Assembly (NCBI GenBank): GCA_951406725.2
Contig: OX597815.1
Location: 118,172,001 to 118,236,000, forward strand
Length of the DNA: 64,000 nt
From: Octopus vulgaris
Taxonomy: Eukaryota
Direction of reading: 5' to 3'
The notes below the pieces were generated by a model. The model ran no database searches and was not told the DNA's origin. It saw only the letters and a list, made by a program, of their open reading frames with translations. Position 1 is the first letter of the stretch. Every line of letters begins with the position of its first letter. Below, piece by piece: positions 27,001 through 37,625 of this stretch. The translations under genes and the position numbers were made by a program.

Positions 27001-30000
27001 CTACGTATTTGCTCACACACACACACACATTTGCATGCATGTACACATGCACACACATTCACACACATTCGTTCGCACACGCACTCACACACATGCACTC
27101 GCTCACACACTTACTCACACACACACACACACACTCGCTCACATACACTCACTCGCTCACATACACTCACTCGCTCACATACACTCACTCGCTCACATAC
27201 ACTCACTTGCTCACATACACTCATTCACATCCACTCACTGACACACTGACACACTCACTCAATCACACTCTCATACACTCACTCATGCTCGCTCACTCAC
27301 TCACATTCACGCACACACACATGTAAAAGTGTTATTAGTTACACCAGCAATTTTGAACGATCAACAAAACACACAGACAGACAGTATTTGCTTTGGGTAC
27401 TGCATTGTATAAAAGCAAAACAAAATAAAGAAAATACACGCACATATGCACCCATCATTTTTGCTCTGCCAGCCACTCCACCTCACTGTCTTCGGCCTGG
27501 CCTTACAACAAGGATCCACCAACACCAGACTTTGTCTTGAACAGACCTACACTTTAATTCTCCAAATCCAAACTCCGTTTGGACTAAGCATTAAACCCCT
27601 CCTTCCAGTGACATCCTCCACACACCTTTTTTAAAATCTATTCTTAAATTTTTTTCTTATTTTTCACTTTCATTTTTTTTTTTTATCCATCTCACACACA
27701 CCATCATACATAACATGCACACACCCTCACCCGCACATAATATATACACACCTTCTGCACACACCTGTTGACATATCCTGACATGTACAAGTAGAACCCT
27801 CCCCCACTACACTCACACACATATGTGCACTTGCAAACATAGATTCACACTTACTTACACATGCGTGCACTTGCATATATACATATAGACATACTCACAC
27901 ACACATGCCGCCACCCATGCTACACATACATATATATTCACACAGCCACACACACACATCCACACATACATCCTCACGCACTCATATGCACATATACATT
28001 GACACACACTCATACGCACACACACTCCTATGCACATATACACACACACTCATGCACACATATACTCATGTGCACTTACATGCACACACACGTCTCTCCA
28101 TCTCTTTTGCACACAGATGTCCACACACATGGTCTCACACACACTGATATGCACATATACATTGACACACACTCATATGCACATATACACACACACTCAT
28201 GCACACATGTGCACACACATGCACACACACACGTCTCTCCATCTCTTTTGCACACAGATGTCCACACACATGGTCTCACACACACACTCATATGCACATA
28301 TATACACACATGCACTCATGTACACACACACATACATGGCATGGGTTGGATGAGGGCTGGCAAGCCAGAAGGCTGCACCAGACTCCGGTCTGTTTTGGCA
28401 CAGATGCCCTTCCTAATGCCAACTACTCCACGAGTATAATGGGTACTTTTACGTGCCACTGGCATAGGCGCCATTTGTGTGACACTGGTATCTGCCATGA
28501 CTGTAGTTTTACCTGGCTTCATGGGTCTTCTTCTCAAGCATGGCATAATGCTTTTAGTCCTTGCCTCCATGAGGCCCAGTGCTTGAAAGATGCTTTTATG
28601 TTCCATAGCACTTTGACATTATATAAAGAAACAGGGTTGTGACAGTTGTTTTGTTTTGTTTGTTTGTTAGGTTTTTTTTTTTTACCTTTTATAGATTTTA
28701 ATTAGATTTCTTTAAAAAAAGTGCTTTTCCTTTCTTTAGCAACTGTCTTTCTTTTATATCAGGAGTTTTCAACCATTTTTTTTATCTATGAACTGCTTCG
28801 ATTACTATTTTATTCTGGTGGACCCCCATAGCCATTTGCTGTTTAAAAATTAGTTTTATAGAAACTTCTTTCAAAATTTCTATTTTGTTTTTTCACACAT
28901 TAACTTGTGTAGGTTGAACTATGTAAAACGTTTGAGAAAAAAACCTAGCTGTTTCTTGCAATACACACCAATACATATGGCTAAAGCAAACTTTATTCAG
29001 AGGTCATTAGAATAGTATTGTAGATCTCCAATTTACTATTTTGCTTCATGGACTCCCAAAAATCTGCTTTATATGATCCTGAATGCTTCTTCATGTCCTA
29101 GTTTTCGTAGTTTTATATATAAAATTTCAAGTACTCATAAATACTTTATATGTGAATGATATCAACTCACCTTTATACATTCATTCATAGCACTCCACTC
29201 ACTGTGTTTTTACTTTACTTTCTTTTTCTTTACACAGGGAAATGTTTAATAATTTCAATGATTGACCTCTGTAACCTTTGTCTCTGTTCTTCTTTAACTT
29301 TTCCTTTGATATATTTTTCTTCTATTTTAAGTACTAGTCTACAATATTTCTGTCGACTCCACCCTAAACTACTTTTGAGTGTATATAATACATGTGTGTG
29401 CGTACACACACACACACACACACAAAGGCATAGCCAAGTGGTTAAGAAGTTTGTTTCACAGTCGTGAGGTTCCAGGTTCAGTCACATTGCATAACATTTT
29501 GAGTATATTTTTTTCTCCAGCCTTAGTTTCATTTAAGCTTTCTCAATGAAACTGGATTGATCAAAACTGTTTAGATGCTCATCAGACAGGTTGTACTTGT
29601 AATTCAAGTTTGTTCCTTCTCGAGCCATGCCTGGCTGGTTTCCCGGTTTCCTTGGCGTAAAGGTTCCCCACCTGAATGGGACGCCGGTCCGTCGCAGGTG
29701 AGCTGTAAGATGCAGGAGGAAAGAGCGAGAGAAAGTTGTGGTGAAAGAGTCAGCGGAAGTTCGCCATTACCTTATGCCGGAACCACGTGGAGCTTAGGTG
29801 TTTCGCTCATAAACATACACATTGCCCAGTCTGAGATTTGAACCCATGATCCCTCGACCGTGAGTCCACTACTCTAAACACTAGGCCATGTGCCTCCAGT
29901 AATTCAAGTAATTACTTGTAATTCAACTGTGTCACATTGACTATGCCCCTTGCTGAGGATTGTGTTTAAAGGTACACATGTCTGTGGAATACTCAGTCAC

Positions 30001-33000
30001 ATAAATGCTAATTCAACAAGTAACAGGAGTAATAGACTGTAACATAGAACCAGAGATAGCCAGACGTAGGTTGATATAAAAAAATTAAAACCCTCAGTAA
30101 CAAAACCCCACCCCACCCCTACCACCACTGTGACCACCTCTGGTTCTGTTTAAATTGTTAATATCTAAAATTAAAGCTACATTTATGTATTCATTTTGCA
30201 AGATTCCTAATGTGAAATCCTGTGTTTAAACAGATATTGTTATATTTCACAACAGTTATCGTTCTTCACTTCAAATTTATTATTCGTATTTTATTGTCTT
30301 TTATCTGAAATCTCTTGTCACACATCCTGTGACCTCTTCGGCAACTCTCCATCCCATGTCTCCTCTTGTTCTGTTTGATCCATTCTGAATTTTCAGACAA
30401 AGGATAATAGAATAAGAACAATAATAAATCTGAAGTGAAGAATGAATATATAGTGCACGTGTTTATTTGGCAAAAAAAAAACCCCCAAAAAGACCATCCT
30501 GAAATATAACCCTAAAAGAAAAGCTTTCTATTGTAATTTTGTTCAAGAGTTTTGTTGTTCTAAACAGTAACTTAATAATGGAAAAGACAGCTATTTAATG
30601 AAATCCTTATAAATTGTTAGTTGTTTACACCAACCCCAGTCCTTGACTAGTATGTATTTTATCAACCCTGAAAGGTTAGAAGGCAAACTTGACCTCAGCA
30701 GAAATTGAACTCAGAACATAAAATCAGGTATAATGCTGCAAGCACGACCGTGTGGTAAGAAGCTTGCTTCCTAATCACATGGCTTCGGGTTCAGTCCCAC
30801 TGTGTTGCACCTTGGGCAAGTGTCTTCAACTATAGCTTCAGGCCAACCAAATCCTTATGAGTGCATTTGGCAGTTGGATACTGAAAGAAGCCTGTCATAT
30901 GTGTGTGTGTGTGTGTGTGTGTGTGTCATATATATTTATTATATATATATTTATAATATATATGTCATATATATCATATAGATGTCATATATATATACAT
31001 ATCATATAGATGTCATATATATATATATCTATATATATATCATATATAATATATATATACTCTTATATACTCTTTACTCTTTTACTTGTTGCAGTCATTT
31101 GACTGCAGCCATGCTTGAGCACCACCTTTAGTTGAGCAAATCTACCCCAGGCCTTATTCTTTGTAAGCCTAGTACTTATTCTATCAGTCTCTTTTGTCGA
31201 ACTGCTAAGTTACAGGGACGTAAGCACACCAGCATTGGCTGTCAAGCGATGTTGGGGAGACAAACACAAACACACACACATAGATATACACATATACACA
31301 TATATGATGGGCTTCTTTCAGTTTCCATCTACCAAAACCACTCACAAGGCTTTAGTCGGCCTGAGGCTACAGTAGAAGACACTTGCCCAGGGGGCAACAC
31401 TGTGGGACTGAACCCGAAGCCATGTGATTAGGAAGCAAACTTCTTACCACACATTTGGCAGATGGAAACTGAAAGAAGCCCATCGTATATATGTGTGTGT
31501 GTTTGTGTGTCTGTGTTCGTCTCCCTATCGCTTGACATCCGATGCTGGTGTGTTTACGTCCCCGTAACTTAGTGGTTCAGCAAAAGAGACCAATAGAATA
31601 AGTACTAGGCTTACAAAGAATAAGTCCTGGTGTTGATTAGTTCAACTAAAGGTGGTACTCCAGCATGGTCGCAGTCAAATGACTGAAGCAAATAGAAGAA
31701 TATATATATCTGTGTATGTGTTTGTTTGTCCCCCTCCACTGCTTCACAACCTGCATTGATGTGTTTACATCCCTGTAAACTTGCAGTTCAGCAAAAGAGA
31801 CTGACAGAGTAAGTACTAGGTTTAAAAATATAAGTCCTGGGGTTTATATGGCTGACTGAAATGAGTAAGAGATAAAAGATAAGCATTTTGCCCCGTGTGC
31901 TTATGATTCTGCCAGCTCACTGCTTTCTTCATAGAACATATATTACTGTTATTAATTAATCTATATTCCAGTTATATTCCATTTAATTTCTTATTGGAAA
32001 TAATCTTGAAATATTTTTAACATTTAAAAAGGTCTCAAATTTGTTTTTCTTGTAAGAAGACATTTTAGTTTAGCTCAAAAAAATGGCCTGTGGACAATAT
32101 TTGGCTAGCTAGTGCAACTAAAACACATAACCATTGATTTACCATTGTCAAATATTATTTTAACCAATCATAAACTAGTAGCCTGTTGAACTATTTTTCC
32201 ATCTGGAATCAGTTGCTCACTCAACACTTAGATCTCTTTCTTTCTATCACTGGTAGTCATGTAGTTTGTTCTGTCTTTCAATCACTCTCTCACTTTTTCC
32301 TTCTCTTCCTCCCTCCCTCTATGTTTTAGCCTAGACACAGAAACTTTTACCAGTTTCAAAACATGTCATCCTCTTTTTATAGCTGTATTATCTGGCACCA
32401 TACATCTGATTCTACAGCGCAAATCATTTCATTGATAAAGCTTTCATTACACACATCCAATATTCTTTTATTCTTTTACTTGTTTCAGTCATTTTGACTG
32501 TGACCATGCTGGAGCACCGCCTTTAGTCAAGCAAATTGACCCCAGGACTTATTCTTTGTAAGCCTAGTACTTATTCTATTGGTTTCTTTTGCCGAACCAC
32601 TAAGTTATGGGGTTGTAAATGCACCAGCATTGGTTGTCAAGCAAAGTTGGGGTGAGGGGACAAGCACAGACATACAAACATACACATACACATATATATA
32701 TATGACGGGATTCCATCAGTTTCTGTCTACCAAATCCACTCATAAAGCTTTGGTCAGCCTGAGGCTTTAGTAGAAGATACTTGCCCAAGGCGCCATGCAG
32801 TGGGACTGAACCTGGAACCATGTGATTGGTAAATAAGCTACTTACCACACGGCCACTCTTGCACCTATAGCCACTCCTATTTTCCATAACACATTTCTTC
32901 AATATAAATTATGAAATTGACTTGTCAATATATATTTTTAGAAATTCATTTCAACTTAGTCTTGATTGATTTTTATAAAATATGATCTATTGAATACTGT

Positions 33001-36000
33001 CCTATTTTAACCTGTGTTCACAAACCTCATGCTGTGTAATTGTCCTTTCTCCTATAGACACATGACCTGGAGTTTAGATTTAGTATGTGGGGCTAGTTGA
33101 TTATATCAATCCCGGTGCTTGACTGGTTCTTATTTTATTAACCCTGAAAGGATGAAATGCCAAGTCAACTTCAGCAGAATTTGAAATCAGAACTTAAAGA
33201 CAAACAAAATGCTGCTATGTAATATTTTCTAACATGCCAGCAATTCTACCCACTTACTGGCTTCACATGCTGTGTAAATATGATTACATTCTTATACCAA
33301 CCATGCTAGAAGTGATTTTCTTTTCGTTACAATTTAAATCCACCCCAATTACTTGCAACCATTCTTGTACAATGTGAGTAGTTTTGTATCTCCTCTACAA
33401 CAAAAAACCGTGTTCTGGCCCCTTCTTTCATATTGTCACTGCTTATCACCTAGCATAAAACTGCTTCCTTCTCTTCTATAGTCCCACTCAGTTGAAGATA
33501 ATTTAGTCTTACAAGCTACAGCATCATCATCATCGTTTAATGTCCGCTTTCCATGCTAGCATAGGTTGGATGATTTGACTGAGGTCTGGCGAACCAGATG
33601 GCTGCACCAGGCTCCAATCTGATCTGGCAGAGTTTCTACAGCTGGATGCCCTTCCTAATGCCAACCACTCCGAGAGTGTAGTGGGTGCTTTTACATGCCA
33701 CCAGCACAAGGGCCAATCAGGCGGTACTGGCAATGGCCATGCTCAAATGGTACACTATCATTAATGTCAGTGTCAGATAAAAAACACCCAGTATACTCTG
33801 TAATGTGGTTGGTGGCATCTCTGTAGAAGCCATGCCCAAACAGATATAGGAACATGATGTAGTCCTTTGACCCACAAGATTTTGTAAAGCCATCCAACTC
33901 ATGCCAATATGAAAGACAAGCATTTAATGATTATGTTCTGAAGCTTACAGACCTAATACTGGATATTTATTTTTTAATTTGATTATTTAGATTATCACAT
34001 TTAGTTTAGTGCTTCTTGCTCTCCTAAAAAATAAAAAATGCCTTATTGATTAATATTTTGTGGATCATTTCTGAATTGTACTATCATTATATAACTTTAT
34101 TTTCTTTTTGTTTCAGGCTGAAGATGCTTTCTTGCCAAAAAAAATAATTTGGATTGGATGTCGGGGCAGCAGACCTCAATATAGAGGTTATCCTTGTAGC
34201 TTATGGACAATTTTCCATGCTCTTACTGTTAATGCTTACTTAAAGAATAGAAATGGTAACTTCAACTGTTTTAATTTATTTGCTTCAAAAATGAATTACA
34301 AATTATTGTTGACTGAGAATGCTCTAATAATGAATTCTGATAGTAGCACAAGATAGAATCAATTCCAATAAATGACTAATATTTATTTTATCAACCTTAA
34401 CAGGACAAAAAGTTGAGTCAGTCATCTTTGTAAGAAGTGGAGCTTGGTATAAAGGGCTGCAATTAAAGAATGAGAATCATTTGGTTTTGATTATAATGTT
34501 TCATAGGGGTAACTGATATGTTTTAAACTGTTGGTGAGATTCTTTCAGAGTTTGTAACCTTGCACATGTAAAGGCTGGATTTCCAGCGGACTGTATGAAG
34601 GCTGATATGCAATAACAACATTGTGAGGACTCAAACTTCTTCAAGCCACAAGCAAATGATGGACATTTTGTTGCTGTAATCATGGTATCACTACTATAGT
34701 TTCATTACATAGAAGGTGTAATATAGGTCGGACAAATCACAAATCTTTAGTCACCTACACAGTTGCATCTTCCATTGTTGTTATGTCATCTCGGTCATCT
34801 TAGTAAATAAATAGCCTATAAGGTTTCTACTATTCTTCTTACTCTGACTATAATGTCTATTTAAAAAATATATATTATAAAGATTACTTTTGAATATTGA
34901 AGTATATCTAAGCTCTACTCAACTTACAGTATCAACATTTTACCAGTTTTCCATTTTTTTGTTTGTTTGTTTGTTCTGAGTTTTACTTTTAGAACGGTTC
35001 CTAACAACAAACCAAACTTTCTGCACCACAAATTTACCCTAATCCCAATGAACAAATATTGACATACATTTAAAAAAAATATATCATAAATGTTTATATC
35101 CAAAAAGAATTGTGCCGTATTAACAATTCCAATGGTTATACAACAATATAAGTGTAAATATTTAACACTAATTCAACTATTCAGCTATGGCATATGAGTG
35201 GTACTTATCTTGTCAGTTTCTCACACAACGTCAGTAATGTTTGTACCATTGTCTAAATCCAAAATTCATGTCATGGATGTATTTTGTAAAGCACATTAAT
35301 GATTCATTAAAGATTTATATCCATCCCATCCATCTATTTTTCTTGCCCACTGTTTTTGGAAGGATCGTAGGGGTTAAGTCTTCAGGTATTTATTCAATAA
35401 GGTCCTATCAGAAACAGCCATCATTAAGCTTTCCTGCTGGATTTGCAAAGGTGACCAACTTAGACTATGGATATTATCCAACCGTTTTACTTGTGGTCTT
35501 CTCCTAGGTCTCCTGCTGGTTAGCTCAGCTTGAAGAATGAGTCTTGCGATCCTTTCCTGTTCCTTTTATTTGTTAACAAATTTGTCACAACAATTTTGAA
35601 TTACTATTAATTTTTTTTTTTTTCTGTCTTTTTTAACCTCTAGATCTTTTATCAAATCCAGCAGAAGTTCTTTCAGCCATTTCTGATTACGTCAGTAAAT
35701 TTTTTGGATGTGAAGAATGTAGCCGGAATTTTCAGAAAATGTCGCAAAATATTTCTTCTGTGATTCACAGTCATGAAGATTCAGTGTTATGGCTATGGGA
35801 AGCCCATAACAAAGTTAATAAACGTCTTCACAATGATTTCTCTGAAGATCCACTTCACCCCAAAATTCAATTCCCGTCCGTGGAAATGTGTTCAACATGT
35901 TACAACCAAAATATCAAAGACAATTCGAAGATAATTAAAACTAATCAGAAATGGAATAAAGCTGCAATCTTGGACTTCATGGTTCATTTCTATTCCACCA

Positions 36001-36398
36001 ATTTAATCAAAGTCTCAGAATCCATTAAGAATTCTTATAATAACCTGTTGGCCGAAAATTCTGGCAAAACTGCTGAATCATTTTTAGGAAAGTTAGAGAA
36101 CAGAACTGAAGAACTTGATTGGTGGGAGAAAAAACAGAGAAAAAGAGATTTACAGAATTTACATAGTGTCAAAGAACAAAGAAGACAAAATCATTTAAGA
36201 AAACTAATTGAGAGAAATGTTAATCGACATGATACTCATTTAAAAGTCCGGTCTTCTCGGACATTTTGGATATTTAGTGAGATTGACATAGGCATGTGTA
36301 TTATATTTTACATTTTTTGCTTAAGTCTTCTTATTTTCTTATATTTCCATTTTGCACGTCGGAAAGGCAAACGGTTGTGTAAGCTTTTACCATATTGA
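4943..36398 (+). CDS. QSOX: Quiescin sulfhydryl oxidase (QSOX), 5'-partial. Spliced CDS join(4943..5043,8348..8502,12367..12457,15906..16045,19050..19184,21728..21863,23785..23901,34117..34255,35644..36398)
   Basis: Nine AG/GT-bounded exons splice in one open frame (1769 nt, about 588 aa, TGA ending at 36398). Motifs: Trx1 C-half ([25 protein letters not shown]), Trx2, helix-rich region ([16 protein letters not shown]), Erv/ALR domain ([51 protein letters not shown]), C-terminal TM helix. The exon with the Trx1 CxxC was not found and is presumably upstream. Confidence 0.95.
5080..5297. mobile_element. piggyBac-like MITE
   Basis: TTAA|CCCTTTAGCATT ... AATGTTAAAGGG|TTAA; second degenerate copy at about 11618-11833. 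Confidence 0.75.
7118..7497 (-). mobile_element. SINE family A, older copy
   Basis: Diverged reverse-complement copy; similar copies at 1444-1790 (-), 21213-21437 (+), 37640-37900 (-). Confidence 0.8.
8348..8502 (+). CDS. QSOX: QSOX exon
   Basis: ttgcAG|ACA...ATT AA|GTgagt; [12 protein letters not shown]...LRHNLID...WETLSPI; phase 0 in, phase 2 out. Confidence 0.9.
9292..9824. mobile_element. Two SINE A 3' halves in inverted orientation
   Basis: - copy 9292-9575 abuts + copy 9577-9824. Confidence 0.85.
12367..12457 (+). CDS. QSOX: QSOX exon (Trx2 start)
   Basis: tttcAG|C TCC...GAG|GTaatt; [30 protein letters not shown]. Confidence 0.9.
14480..14835 (+). mobile_element. Mariner 5' fragment (TIR and transposase HTH)
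   Basis: TA|ttgggtcatccggaaagttcgtgcc terminal sequence; ORF 14662 [54 protein letters not shown] is a mariner N-terminal HTH. Confidence 0.85.
14955..15640 (+). repeat. Purine-rich duplicated block
   Basis: Two diverged GA-rich copies (about 14960-15285 and about 15385-15640). Confidence 0.7.
15906..16045 (+). CDS. QSOX: QSOX exon (Trx2)
   Basis: tttAG|GTA ATA CTT GAT...ATA CA|GTaagt; [16 protein letters not shown]...[14 protein letters not shown]. Confidence 0.9.
19050..19184 (+). CDS. QSOX: QSOX exon (Trx2 to helix-rich-region linker)
   Basis: ttcccAG|T TCA...CAA AT|GTaagt; open frame [17 protein letters not shown]...; phases match both neighbours. Confidence 0.85.
19542..19843. mobile_element. 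hAT-type MITE
   Basis: TIR CAGTGTTTCTCAA / TTGAGAAACACTG with a perfect 8-bp TSD GTATAAAG (19534-19541, 19844-19851). Confidence 0.85.
20685..20955 (-). mobile_element. R4-like non-LTR element fragment (restriction-like endonuclease region)
   Basis: Minus strand: [61 protein letters not shown]. Confidence 0.65.
21728..21863 (+). CDS. QSOX: QSOX exon (helix-rich region)
   Basis: catcAG|A AAC...TCC AAG|GTatgt; [40 protein letters not shown]. Confidence 0.93.
21926..22319 (+). mobile_element. tRNA-derived SINE family A, full length
   Basis: Head ggcgcaggagtggct..tggtaag..ggttcagtc, central (TA)/(TG) tract, tail gactgaaacaagtaaaagag; many similar copies in the window. Confidence 0.9.
23341..23734 (-). 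mobile_element. SINE family A
   Basis: Reverse complement of the 21926 copy with a small deletion. Confidence 0.9.
23785..23901 (+). CDS. QSOX: QSOX exon (helix-rich region)
   Basis: ctgacAG|TAC TTT CCT GGT...CTA CAG|GTaagt; [19 protein letters not shown]... Confidence 0.92.
24038..24070 (+). ncRNA. Degenerate copy of the 52828 HHR-like motif
   Basis: CTTT CCATAGA A GAGTGTAGGCTT GAAATATC just after (TA)n, followed by a related pyrimidine-rich tail. Confidence 0.4.
24287..24359. repeat. Palindrome made of two decayed HHR-like motifs
   Basis: Right arm CTGATGA AGG..CC AAAA CTTCAG TC (G12 to A); left arm is its approximate reverse complement. Confidence 0.5.
24948..25310 (+). mobile_element. 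CR1-like LINE 3' fragment
   Basis: [10 protein letters not shown]...[22 protein letters not shown]...FK matches the CR1-group ORF2 C-terminal pattern. Confidence 0.65.
25490..26440 (-). mobile_element. Non-autonomous Helitron, older inverted copy of 50588-51493
   Basis: Reverse-complement similarity over most of its length, including both termini. Confidence 0.75.
26975..28335. repeat. CA-rich compound mini/microsatellites
   Basis: Repeats of cactcgctcacatacact at 27130-27220; unit of about 140 bp duplicated at 28091 and 28232. Confidence 0.8.
27452..27596 (+). pseudogene. Second Penelope-like GIY-YIG C-terminal fragment (different subtype)
   Basis: [47 protein letters not shown] resembles the HF...H...R..E..I..L.T..P.GLN tail of PLE endonucleases. 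Confidence 0.55.
30747..31880. mobile_element. Cluster of SINE family A copies in alternating orientation
   Basis: + 5' part 30747-30900, - copy 31069-31453, + 3' parts 31455-31880. Confidence 0.85.
32463..32865 (-). mobile_element. SINE family A
   Basis: Full-length reverse-complement copy. Confidence 0.9.
34117..34255 (+). CDS. QSOX: QSOX exon (Erv domain start)
   Basis: tttcAG|GCT...AAT G|GTaac; [27 protein letters not shown]. Confidence 0.95.
35644..36398 (+). CDS. QSOX: QSOX last coding exon (Erv CxxC, stalk, TM helix)
   Basis: ctctAG|AT CTT...; CEEC at 35709-35720, [12 protein letters not shown] at 35889-35900, hydrophobic helix about 36288-36353 followed by RRKGKR, then TGA. Confidence 0.95.
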
Positions 36399-36410
36399 CT
36401 GCAGAGAAGC

Positions 36411-36416
36411 AATAAA
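36411..36416 (+). promoter_or_regulatory. Possible polyadenylation signal
   Basis: AATAAA shortly after the QSOX stop codon; weak evidence in AT-rich DNA. Confidence 0.3.
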
Positions 36417-37147
36417 CATCTTAGCTTCTATTGGCTTCTACTCCATCTTGTTATTATTATCATTACTATATTATTAGTCAAATCATCATCATTTTGTCAT
36501 CATCATTTATCATCCACCTTTTATGCTGGCATTGGGGAGGATGATTTGACAGGATTCAATGATGAATCTAGGGATTGCATCAAGCTCCAATGTCTGCTTT
36601 GGCAGTGTTTCCTGTGGCTGGATGCATTTTGTTCATAATTAGAATACAGGTAAGTTTCTATCAGCCAAATCTTAAAGCCAGTTTGGATTGTTTGTTGGCA
36701 CCGTTTCTATTTATGTTACTGAACCCTTTCTTGGAAGATGCATGAATATCATAATACTCACCTTTTCTTCAAAGATTTCAATTTTCAAGTCATCATCATT
36801 GTTAATTTTCCATCTACTTTTTTCCATGATGGCTTGTGTTGGGCATGACTTCTGGAAGCAGTGTTCTTATCATCAGATGCTTTTTCTGATACTAACCCTT
36901 ACTTTTGAAGTAATGTACTTTATTCTCTGTTTTTGCATATAGAATCTTTACTACAGGCTTCTTTTTGGGGGGTGGGGGACATGTAAACATCACCACCACT
37001 TCTGTGGTGTCAGTACCACTCACACACACACACACACACACACACATAAATCCTTTATCTTTTACTTGATTCAGTCACTGGACTGCAGCAATACTGGGGT
37101 TCCACTTTGAAGGGGCTCATCAAACAAACCAGCCCCACCCCCCATTA

Positions 37148-37625
37148 CGATCATCATCATCATCATCATCATCGTTTAACGTCCGCTTTCCATGCTAGCA
37201 TGGGTTGGACAATTTGACTGAGGACTGGCAAACCAGATAGCTGCACCAGGCTCCAGTCTGATCTGGCAAAGTTTCTACAGCTGGATGCCCTTCCTAACAC
37301 CAACCACTCTGAGAGTGTAGTGGGTGCTTTTATGTGCCACCAGCATGAGGGCCAGTCAGGCGGTACTGGCAACGGCCACATTCAAATGGTGTTTTTTATG
37401 TGCTACCTGCACAGGAGCCAGTTCAGTGGCACTGGCAACGACCTTGCTCGAATGTTTTTTCACATGCCACCAGCATAAGTGCCAGTAAGGTGACGCTGGC
37501 AACGATCACACCCGAATGGTGCTTTTTACGTGCCACCAGTACGGAAGCCAGTTAGCTGCTCTGGCAACGATCACGCTCAGATGATGCTCTTGGCATTCCA
37601 CTAGCATGGATGCCAGTCATTGAAT
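37148..37625 (-). mobile_element. 5'-truncated RTE 3'-UTR copy with internal tandem modules
   Basis: (CAT)n followed by gtttaacgtccgctttccatgctagc matches the 3' end of the RTE at 60100-60300. Other copies: 355-555, 12620-12866, 28337-28600, 33523-33760, 37925-38200, 38713-39080 (-); 13633-13921, 13950-14134 (+). Confidence 0.8.

Noticed and set aside
26943-28642. Long His/Thr-rich ORFs (up to 192 aa)
   Set aside because: Translations of CA-rich simple repeats. The same holds for the YI, CV and SL-repeat ORFs across the window.
31132-31431. Recurrent ORFs such as [16 protein letters not shown]... and ...[17 protein letters not shown]...
   Set aside because: Incidental open frames in SINE family A copies, not genes.
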